Shown here one piece after another: positions 1 to 7,728 of a DNA stretch of 64,000 nucleotides (positions within the stretch are counted from its first letter, which is position 1; each line of letters begins with the position of its first letter). The position numbers were made by a program, and so were the translations under genes. A model generated the notes under the pieces. It searched no databases, had not been told where the DNA came from, and was given only the letters and a program-made list of their open reading frames with translations. Location: the NCBI GenBank assembly GCA_963707025.1, contig CAVPOM010000014.1:96001-160000 (forward strand). Direction: 5' to 3'. This DNA is from an uncultured Verrucomicrobiae bacterium (GTDB lineage Bacteria; Verrucomicrobiota; Verrucomicrobiia; Limisphaerales; Palsa-1400).

Positions 1-1
1 G

Positions 2-181
2 AATGACCAAAATGCTGGAGTCCCGGCCCGTGGCCACCTGCGTGGCGGAATCCGCCGCGGCGGCGTGCAGGGCGGAAAAAGTATTGGCCAAAAAGGCCGG
101 AACGGTCCAGGTCAGCGCGCCCCCCAGGATGCTGGTGCGCAAAAACTCGCGCCGGGTGTGCAGGGTCAATGGTTCTTTCAT
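2..181 (-). CDS. DUF1501-family protein, N-terminal part (runs off window), Tat signal
   Basis: Read by hand from ATG at 181: MKEPLTLHTRREFLRTSILGGALTWTVPAFLANTFSALHAAAADSATQ...; twin-arginine motif TRREFL; lies 5 bp downstream of a DUF1800 gene, the usual partner. Confidence 0.8.
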   Translation of the reverse strand, partial: MKEPLTLHTRREFLRTSILGGALTWTVPAFLANTFSALHAAAADSATQVATGRDSSILVI

Positions 182-186
182 AGGTT

Positions 187-1704
187 TCAGGAGACTTGAA
201 ATTCCGGCGCCGCCATGAGCAGGCGCACGACATGGCGGATGTCGTCATCGCGCAAATTTTCCCGCGGCTCGAGATATTCGCGCAAGACCCGGCGGTGTTC
301 TTCCGGGAAGGCGGTCAGGAGGAAGCGTTTCTGCAACGCCGCCAGCAGCCGGTCCTTGTCCTGGCGCTCCTCCGCGGTGACAATATTATTGACGTTGATC
401 GGCGGCATCAGCCGGGCCATCTGGTCGGCGCGCCGGGCCATCATGGCCTGGGCCGGCCCGCCCCCGCCCGCCGCCGGCAGGTTCCCCTGCCCCATCACCA
501 GCAGGGAAGCCTGGTTGTAACGGCTCAGCAAAGTATTGGTCGTGATCCAGCTCAAGCCGCCGTCCCAGCCCTTCACGTTGGGCGGAGCCAGCAGGTCCTG
601 GCCGAGATTGCGCACCATCTCCACCGAAACGACCGGCGGCGGCATGGGCCTTTCCAACATCCGCACCGAACTGACCAGCCATTGCACCGGGCTTTTGATC
701 TGGCTGCCCATCACTTGGTCCGCATAAAATTCTCCGCTGCGGAACAGGGCGCGCAGCAGAGGCCGGAAAGCATGGTTGGAGGAATTAAAAACACCGGCCA
801 GCGCCTCGATCACCGCCGGATCGACCTCCTCCCCGGCGAAAAATTTCCAGAGCTTGCCCGTGATGAAACGGCTGGCCTGGGGTTGGGCCACGATAATCTC
901 CAGCACATCCTGCCCGGTCAACGGCCCGGTCTTGCCCAGCACCGTCTTGACGCCGTAATCATGCAGCGAGGGCCGGTAGAGATAGGATTCGGTGGGGCGC
1001 TCCAACGACCATCCAGTCATGGCGCGGGCCGCTTCCGTCACGTCCTTTTCCGTGTAATGGCCCTCGCCCAGGGTGAACAACTCCATGCATTCGCGCGCGA
1101 AATTCTCGTTCGGATGCTCCTTGCGGCTTTGCGCCTGGTCCAGCCAGATCAACATCGCCGGGTCGGTGGCAACCGCGGTCAGGAGATCCAGCCAGTTGCC
1201 CGATCCCATGTTCCGGAATGTCTCGATCTGCCGCCACAGGAAATAAGGCTCCCGCACCTTGACGGCGCTGGTGGCAAAGTGTCCGTGCCAGAACAAGGTG
1301 AGTTTTTCCTGCAATGGCCGCGGCCCGGTGGCCATCCTTTCCAGCCAACTGGCGCGCAATTCCTGAACCTGGAGTGTGACCTCCCGCTGAAATTGCTGCT
1401 GCAGCTCGCGGCGCTCCCCGGCGATCTTGCTTTTTTCATCCGCCGTCGCCGCCATCCGCTCCTGCTGGTTCAACTCCTGGATTTGCCGCGGATAAGCCAC
1501 CCTTTGCGGATCGGGTTTGGCCCAATCCGGGGCCGGGATGTCATCGGGGATTTTCTCATAATCAACCAGGTGGCTCACCGCGCCATCCAGGCCCAATTTG
1601 ACCAGTTTCTCAACCTCCGCCGGCGTCCCGCCGAACCCCGCGCGATTCAGCAAATGCGCCGCCGTGGCGTAATTCCACTTTGAAGCTGGCAACGGACTTA
1701 ACAT
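187..1704 (-). CDS. DUF1800-family protein
   Basis: Motifs HLLNRAGFG, LQEKLTLFWHGHFATS, DPAMLIWLD, PNENFARECMELFTLG, PPNVKGW, terminal PEFQ. Confidence 0.9.
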   Translation of the reverse strand: MLSPLPASKWNYATAAHLLNRAGFGGTPAEVEKLVKLGLDGAVSHLVDYEKIPDDIPAPDWAKPDPQRVAYPRQIQELNQQERMAATADEKSKIAGERRELQQQFQREVTLQVQELRASWLERMATGPRPLQEKLTLFWHGHFATSAVKVREPYFLWRQIETFRNMGSGNWLDLLTAVATDPAMLIWLDQAQSRKEHPNENFARECMELFTLGEGHYTEKDVTEAARAMTGWSLERPTESYLYRPSLHDYGVKTVLGKTGPLTGQDVLEIIVAQPQASRFITGKLWKFFAGEEVDPAVIEALAGVFNSSNHAFRPLLRALFRSGEFYADQVMGSQIKSPVQWLVSSVRMLERPMPPPVVSVEMVRNLGQDLLAPPNVKGWDGGLSWITTNTLLSRYNQASLLVMGQGNLPAAGGGGPAQAMMARRADQMARLMPPINVNNIVTAEERQDKDRLLAALQKRFLLTAFPEEHRRVLREYLEPRENLRDDDIRHVVRLLMAAPEFQVS

Positions 1705-1862
1705 ACATGCACTGCGACATCAACTCAGACGGACCTTTGCCACGCCTGGTTACACTCCACTTTACCACCAAGCCCGCCAACCGCAAGGTTGCGTGGCCCG
1801 GGACCGGGCCTGTCCTCCCCTGCCCGCCCTTAAATTGTAACAGGATCGTTCCAACCGCGGCG

Positions 1863-1890
1863 TTGACTTTTCGTCCCGGCGTTCTACGGT
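1863..1890 (+). promoter_or_regulatory. Putative sigma70 promoter, leaderless geometry
   Basis: TTGACT-16 nt-TACGGT; ATG at 1897 follows after 6 nt. Confidence 0.45.
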
Positions 1891-1896
1891 GGCGCG

Positions 1897-3012
1897 ATGC
1901 GTGGCAAACCTGCGGCGATTGCGCGGCTTCGCCGGCGGCTTTTTCCCAGCCTCCTGGCCGGCGTCCTGGCCGGAGGGTGCTTGCACCCGGGGCCAGCGCC
2001 TCCGTGGAAATTCGCCGTCTTTTGTGACGGGCGCTCGGAACTGGCCAACGACCCCGGAACCAGCAACGGAGTGCGCTGGGCTTCGGTCAGCAACCTGGCA
2101 ACGGACGCTGTCCGGCGGAAGGCCGCCCTGGTGATTTTTCCCGGCGATCTGGCCAACGGCAACGTCACTTTTGGGCCGCTGACCAAACAATGGGCGGAGT
2201 GGAAGAGGGTGATGGCGCCGTGTTACGACGCCGGCATTGCCGTCTATCCCATCCGCGGCAATCATGAAAAAATCCAGGCCGACAACTCCGTGAAAACCTG
2301 GACCAATGTTTTCTCCTATTTGCCGCAAAACGGCCCGGACGGACAAAAGGGATTGACCTACAAGCTGGAAACCAACAATGCCTGCTTCATCGGTTTTGAT
2401 CAATACGCCGGCCGCACCACCAATCAACAGACCCGTGTGGTCAGCGGCCTGGTTTCGCCGTGGGTGATAGATCAGATCAAACAGGCCACCAACCGCTGGG
2501 TCTTCGCCTTTGCCCACGAATCGGCTTTCTTCGGGCACCATGTTGATTGTCTGGCCTCAGCCGAGGCCGAACGCGACCAACTTTGGGACGCGCTGGGGGA
2601 GAAAGGCGGCGTTTACCTGTCCGGCCATGACCACATGTATGTCCGCCGTTCGGCTCCGGACAAAAATGGCAACCCGGTGCTGGAATTGGTGGTCGGCTGC
2701 GGCGGGGCGGCTCCGTATCGTTACGACCATTTCGCGTCGAACCAGACTAAAATTCCCACCAACCTGTTTGTTAATGCCGCCAGACCGGCTGCCAATGCCG
2801 TCCATCCCATCGTCAATTCCTCCAATTACCCTTCCTACTTCGGCTACGTCTTGATCACCGTCTATGGCGACAAACTGGAAGGCGAATGGTGGGCGCTGAC
2901 CAACTACGACACCTCCCATCTCGCCACGGGACTTCCGCCTAAAAAGCCAAAATTCGCCAAGCTCGACTCGTTCACCTGGCGGGCCAAAAGCAACAAATCG
3001 GGGCCGCGTTAG
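1897..3012 (+). CDS. Exported calcineurin-like metallophosphoesterase
   Basis: Motifs FCDGR, PGDL, RGNHE, FAH, SGHDH; N-terminal basic/hydrophobic leader ending LAGGC (possible lipobox). Confidence 0.85.
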   Translation: MRGKPAAIARLRRRLFPSLLAGVLAGGCLHPGPAPPWKFAVFCDGRSELANDPGTSNGVRWASVSNLATDAVRRKAALVIFPGDLANGNVTFGPLTKQWAEWKRVMAPCYDAGIAVYPIRGNHEKIQADNSVKTWTNVFSYLPQNGPDGQKGLTYKLETNNACFIGFDQYAGRTTNQQTRVVSGLVSPWVIDQIKQATNRWVFAFAHESAFFGHHVDCLASAEAERDQLWDALGEKGGVYLSGHDHMYVRRSAPDKNGNPVLELVVGCGGAAPYRYDHFASNQTKIPTNLFVNAARPAANAVHPIVNSSNYPSYFGYVLITVYGDKLEGEWWALTNYDTSHLATGLPPKKPKFAKLDSFTWRAKSNKSGPR

Positions 3013-3098
3013 CCCATTGGGGCGGAGGCGGCCCTCCTCCGGAAGAGCCGGGATTTTTCGACTCGCCCCGGCGGCCCGGTTCTGCTTTGCTGAGGTTC

Positions 3099-4058
3099 AT
3101 GGGGTCCGAATTATTTGAACGCATCCGCGCCGCCCGCCGGCGTTTGCGCGGACGGGCGCACCAGACGCCCATTGCCACCTCGCGCACCCTCGACCAATTG
3201 GCCGGAGCCGCGGTCTTTTGCAAATGCGAAAACTTTCAGCGCGTCGGGGCCTTCAAATTTCGCGGCGCGTTCAACGCCATCTCCCAGTTGAGCGACGCCC
3301 AAAAAAAAGCGGGCGTCATTACTTTTTCCTCCGGCAACCACGCGCAGGCCGTGGCGCTGACCTGCCAGATGCTGGGCCTGCAGGCCACCGTCGTCATGCC
3401 GCGCGACGCCCCGGCGGCCAAGCGCGCGGCCACCGCCGGGTACGGGGCCAGTGTCGTCCTCTGCGAGCCGGAGAACCCCGGCCGCGAACAGGTGGCCGCC
3501 GCGCTGCAAGCCAAACACGGCTACACGCTGATTCCGCCCTTTGATCATCTGGATGTGATCGCCGGCCAGGGCACGGCTGCCCTGGAAATGTTCGAGGAAC
3601 TCCAGTCGCTGGACTTTCTCATCACGCCCTGCGGCGGAGGAGGGTTGCTCAGCGGCAGCGCTGTCTGCGCCAAAAACCTCGCTCCCAAATGCCGCGTCAT
3701 CGGCATCGAACCCGAACTGGCCGACGATGCGGTTCGTTCTTTTGCCAGCAAAACCCTCCAGACCGTCGCCAATCCCCGCACCATCGCCGACGGCACGCGC
3801 ACGGCTTCCCTCGGCCAATTGACCTTCCCCCTCGTCCTGGCGAACGTGGACGAAATGAGGACCGTGACCGAGGAATCCATCATGGAAGCCGTGCGCTTTC
3901 TTTTTACCCGGATGAAGCTGGTGGTGGAGCCGTCCGGCGCGCTGGGGGTGGCGGCGTTGTTGAGCGGCGCGGTGCGGGCGCGCGGACGGGTCGGCGTTAT
4001 CTTGAGCGGCGGCAATCTGGATGTTGCTGTCATGCAGAAAATTTTTGCGGGGCCTTGA
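3099..4058 (+). CDS. PLP-dependent serine/threonine dehydratase family (threo-3-hydroxyaspartate ammonia-lyase-like)
   Basis: KCENFQRVGAFKFRGA PLP-lysine motif, SSGNHAQA, GGGGLLSG, VVEPSGA, SGGN; no C-terminal regulatory domain. Confidence 0.9.
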   Translation: MGSELFERIRAARRRLRGRAHQTPIATSRTLDQLAGAAVFCKCENFQRVGAFKFRGAFNAISQLSDAQKKAGVITFSSGNHAQAVALTCQMLGLQATVVMPRDAPAAKRAATAGYGASVVLCEPENPGREQVAAALQAKHGYTLIPPFDHLDVIAGQGTAALEMFEELQSLDFLITPCGGGGLLSGSAVCAKNLAPKCRVIGIEPELADDAVRSFASKTLQTVANPRTIADGTRTASLGQLTFPLVLANVDEMRTVTEESIMEAVRFLFTRMKLVVEPSGALGVAALLSGAVRARGRVGVILSGGNLDVAVMQKIFAGP

Positions 4059-4117
4059 TGCCAGCGCCGGGCCGCGACCGCCGCCGCCCTGGCCAGCCGC
4101 CCCGGCCGACCGCCAGG

Positions 4118-4963
4118 TTAATTCTGGCCGTTGGGCAGGGCCTGCCCGGCCTGCACGACGCGCAAATCGAGCAAATCGCTTCCGCTCAAAACAGTGGCAT
4201 CCTGGTTTCCAATCGCGCCATTGGCTTCCCATGTTTTTAGCCGCGTCCCCAGCCAGGTGATGTCCGCGGCGTGTCCGTCCGCATAAGAAAATCCGCAGGC
4301 GTTGGCGTGCCTGGCCGAGGGCACGTTCCACCAAACGTTCACGGGCGCGAACCTGGTGCCGAGGGCGCTGGGAACAACGGAGAAATTGCCGTCATCAATC
4401 GTGATCTCGCTTTCATCCACAAAGACCATTCGTTTCGCGGGCGCCGGCGAGGTAATCAGGGAGAGCTTGGTTTGGACGACGAAGACACCGACGGGCCAGT
4501 CATCCGAATGGTCGGACCCGACATCATAGCCGTTCATATAAGTGTTGACCGAATAACTTCTGATATCCAGCACATGGCTGACGGGATTGGGTTTGGTGTC
4601 CGCAGGGCATTTGTAAATCCCCATGCTCTTGCAGTACGGGTAGATCAGCGCGTTGGTCAAATCCGCGCTATTGATCGCATCCGGCAGTTGGGTCATTAAC
4701 CCGGCAATCCAATTGTCGAGGGATTCGTCTGATTTCTGGTTGGGCGGGAGCAGATCCCGATAATCATCGGCGTACATGTTGTAAGCCAGTTCCAGTTGTT
4801 TGAGGTTGTCCAGGCAACTGGTCTTGATCGCCCTGGCTTTGGCCGACGCCAAGGCGGGCAAGAGCAGCGCCGCCAGAATGGCGATGATGGCAATGACCAC
4901 CAGCAACTCGATCAGAGTGAACGCCCTCCTCCATCCCGATGCGGAACGCCGTCGCCTTCTCAT
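4118..4963 (-). CDS. Prepilin-type N-terminal cleavage/methylation protein with C-terminal H-X9-DG motif (DUF1559-like)
   Basis: [39 protein letters not shown], exact [12 protein letters not shown]; start reassigned to ATG at 4963. Confidence 0.9.
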   Translation of the reverse strand: MRRRRRSASGWRRAFTLIELLVVIAIIAILAALLLPALASAKARAIKTSCLDNLKQLELAYNMYADDYRDLLPPNQKSDESLDNWIAGLMTQLPDAINSADLTNALIYPYCKSMGIYKCPADTKPNPVSHVLDIRSYSVNTYMNGYDVGSDHSDDWPVGVFVVQTKLSLITSPAPAKRMVFVDESEITIDDGNFSVVPSALGTRFAPVNVWWNVPSARHANACGFSYADGHAADITWLGTRLKTWEANGAIGNQDATVLSGSDLLDLRVVQAGQALPNGQN

Positions 4964-5159
4964 GGGTTTAAATTGCTGGCTATAATGAATACAATAACCA
5001 CTTTCCAAACTCCGACAAGTCACCAAAATTGGCGATGGGGGCAGGCGGAAATGGAAAATGAAAGATGGGCGATGGCAAAATCTCATCCCGTTGGCGCTTT
5101 CCCGCTGCCACCTTCGCTTGGTTTGGGGCGGGTTCCTGGCGGTTGGTTTTCGCGGTGTG

Positions 5160-5597
5160 CTAATGGGCAAAGGAGGATGGCGCGCCCGCATCGGCAATAT
5201 ATTCGCGCTCGACTTCGGGATCAAAAAAAACCAGCTTTTTCTTCCCGTCCACCTCCGCCAGGAAACAGCTTCCCTGCGGGAACAGCGCAAGCAGCCCGGC
5301 ATCTGTCAAGTAAATAGACTTTTCCGGTCGCGCCGGCGGCGGCGCAGACCGCCCCATCGCCAGCCACCGCCCGGACGGCGCGGCCGGGCCGGAGAGCCAA
5401 TGCGCGGCGCAGGCCGCGACGACGGCCAATGCCGCCAGGCCGCCGCCCCGGCGCGTCCAGCGCCGGACGCGCTGGCGGGCTTGAAAAACTCCCAGCGCCT
5501 CCGCTTTGCCGGCGGCGCTGGCTGCCTGCCAACTGTCGTCCCGCAACACGGCTTCGAGCAGGGCGTCTTCACCATCGGGATCAGGATTGGTTTTCAT
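5160..5597 (-). CDS. Small single-TM protein, putative anti-sigma factor
   Basis: Overlaps the end of the ECF sigma gene; N-terminal cytoplasmic helix, basic patch, then hydrophobic [16 protein letters not shown]. Confidence 0.6.
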   Translation of the reverse strand: MKTNPDPDGEDALLEAVLRDDSWQAASAAGKAEALGVFQARQRVRRWTRRGGGLAALAVVAACAAHWLSGPAAPSGRWLAMGRSAPPPARPEKSIYLTDAGLLALFPQGSCFLAEVDGKKKLVFFDPEVEREYIADAGAPSSFAH

Positions 5598-6255
5598 GGC
5601 GTAAATTTTTTAGCAATTGTTCTTTCAGTTTCTGCCGCAACCGAGCCAGGCGGGATTCGACGGCCTTGTAAGTCAGGCCCGAGGCGTCGGCCAGTTCCTG
5701 CAAGGGCCGCTTGTCCACATAAGCGGCCTGCATCAACTCGCGCTCTTCCGGCCGGAGAGCGGCCAGCGCCTCGCGCAGGATTTCGGAAAGTTGGCCGGTC
5801 GAATTTTCCGCCCCGGCGCTGGACGGGGGCATTTCCTCCAGCGAAACGAACCGGTCCCGGCGCCGCTGGGCGCGATAATGGTCAATGAAGGTGTTCTTCG
5901 CCACCGTGCAAAGCCAGGCCCACAACTTGCGCTCGTCGTCAAAAACCGCGAAGCGTTTCGCCAGCTTGGTCATCGCGGCCTGGCAGATTTCGCGCGCCGT
6001 GTTTTGGTCGCCGCGCGCCAGCACCAGCAGAAAGCGGTAAAGGCGGAAGCTGTAAAGATCGTAGAAACGGGCAAAGGCCGCCACGTCGCCGCGCCGGATG
6101 GCCAGGGTCAAGGCCCGGATGTTGTCCGGGCCTGCCACCGTGTTGCCACCGGCATGCAAAGGTTGTTTCAACCGCGCGCGGATGTTGGCGGAAGGCACGC
6201 TGAGAGCGGTCGCCTCAAAAATTGGGGCGGCGGCATTTTCATTCAGCGTGAACAT
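5581..6255 (-). CDS. ECF-type RNA polymerase sigma factor
   Basis: GDVAAFARFYDLYSFRLY, WAWLCTVAKNTFIDHYR (region 2), LAALRPEERE...ELA...AVESRLARLRQKLK (region 4). Confidence 0.9.
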   Translation of the reverse strand: MFTLNENAAAPIFEATALSVPSANIRARLKQPLHAGGNTVAGPDNIRALTLAIRRGDVAAFARFYDLYSFRLYRFLLVLARGDQNTAREICQAAMTKLAKRFAVFDDERKLWAWLCTVAKNTFIDHYRAQRRRDRFVSLEEMPPSSAGAENSTGQLSEILREALAALRPEERELMQAAYVDKRPLQELADASGLTYKAVESRLARLRQKLKEQLLKNLRHENQS

Positions 6256-6268
6256 GGCTGGTTTTTCC

Positions 6269-7138
6269 TTACTTCTGGCCCGGCAAGCCCGACGGCGGGA
6301 CGGGGGCGGCGTAGTTGGCGTGCCATGCGGCCACCAGGGATTCCGCCACCGCCAGGTCCGATGGAACGCCCCGCACGATGAGCAGGCCGGAGTCGCGGTT
6401 GATTCTAGCAAAGCTGTTCGGATTCCAAAAGCGGCGATTTATGTTGTTTAAGTCTTTATTCTGAACCTCAATCTCCTGCGCCAGTTTTTCCCATTGATTC
6501 GCGGGAATTCCGTTCAGGGCAAAGGCCTTCAGCGTGACGTCTGGCGTTGTGTTTGCATAGATGGAGCGAAATATGACGACCGAAGGTTTCGCCAAATCCC
6601 CACGCACCATCAATTCTCCCAGCTCCGGTATCGCCTGACCCAGACTATTGTAAAGAGCGATCAAGGCCTCCAGCGGATCGCGATTCTCTGGAATGCCAGC
6701 AAAGACACCGCGACGGCCGCCGCCTCCAGAACCACCGCCGCCAGCAGAGGCGCCTCCAGCGCCGCCTCCAAAACCACCAAATCCACCGCCTCCTCCACCA
6801 GGCCTTCCTCTAAACCCGGGACTCATGCTTTCCGCGGACCGCAGGTTCATGCGTAAGGCTGGAATATGGACGGCTCGCATCTTGTCCGGGATGTCCACAA
6901 CTTTTGCCCAATCCACTTTGTATTGCTTCTCCACAGCGGCCACAAACTCCGAGGGTGTGCCGCCCGGGAAAAAGAAGTCCACCTCGTCCCGGGGCGATGC
7001 CGCGGGAAGGCCAGCGGCTTCAGCGGTCGGCGGGGTGTTGGTGGCGCTGTCGGCCTGGGCCAGGGCGCTGCCTTGCGACAAAAACGCCAGCGGCGCGGCC
7101 AAGTTGAGGGCGGTGAAGAAAATGGAGTTCGATTTCAT
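6269..7138 (-). CDS. Exported hypothetical protein with Gly-rich loop and C-terminal secretin-N3-like segment
   Basis: Signal peptide ending ALA-Q; GGGGGGFGGFGGG loop; NRDSGLLIVRGVPSDLAVAESLV; first gene of the ECF cassette. Confidence 0.7.
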   Translation of the reverse strand: MKSNSIFFTALNLAAPLAFLSQGSALAQADSATNTPPTAEAAGLPAASPRDEVDFFFPGGTPSEFVAAVEKQYKVDWAKVVDIPDKMRAVHIPALRMNLRSAESMSPGFRGRPGGGGGGFGGFGGGAGGASAGGGGSGGGGRRGVFAGIPENRDPLEALIALYNSLGQAIPELGELMVRGDLAKPSVVIFRSIYANTTPDVTLKAFALNGIPANQWEKLAQEIEVQNKDLNNINRRFWNPNSFARINRDSGLLIVRGVPSDLAVAESLVAAWHANYAAPVPPSGLPGQK

Positions 7139-7280
7139 ATCAGTTTTGGGCTGTGGTCATTGTCTGGCGTGTTGGAGGGAAGGCCAAGCCGATTCGGGCG
7201 GCGTTCCGCTCTTCACCAGGGACAACGATGCCCGCGCCGCAAATCCCTCGAACTTTCGGGCATGGCCCCCCCTGCCGGAA

Positions 7281-7340
7281 CTGAAACTAGGTGAAATTAG
7301 GTGAAACCAAGTGAAATTAGGTGAAATTAACTGAAAATGA
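7281..7340. repeat. Six tandem 10-bp repeats (consensus GTGAAATTAG)
   Basis: ctgaaactag gtgaaattag gtgaaaccaa gtgaaattag gtgaaattaa ctgaaaatga. Confidence 0.85.
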
Positions 7341-7554
7341 TGGGACCGATGGGACCTGTAGGGCGGACCGATACGAAAACGGCCGCGCGCAGCCGGGCCA
7401 GCCGACCCAAGGCGCGGAGTGGCCGGCGGGTTTGAACCCGTTGCCGCGACTCCCGCCTGTGGCGCCTTTCCCCATAACTGAGGGCATAATAGTGGTTAAA
7501 GTCGAAACTGTCAAAGGAAAAGTTTTGGATTTTTGTAATGCGCCGGTCACGGTT

Positions 7555-7651
7555 GGCAGGGCGGGCAGTCCGCTGCCCGCCGCACGACGGCCGCCTGACG
7601 TTCATTCCTCGGTCAATTCCCGACGGCGGGCAGAGGACTGCCCGCCCTACC
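7555..7651. repeat. REP doublet (REPIN-like), GTAG-type
   Basis: 28-bp arms at 7555-7582 and 7624-7651 are inverted copies (26/28) of GGTAGGGCGGGCAGTCCTCTGCCCGCCG, each internally palindromic. Confidence 0.8.
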
Positions 7652-7728
7652 ACCCAGGACGCATCCTCAGGCCTTCGTTGCGCCGCCGGCATCGCGGACC
7701 TCCCAACCGCCGCGGCGGATCAGGAGGG

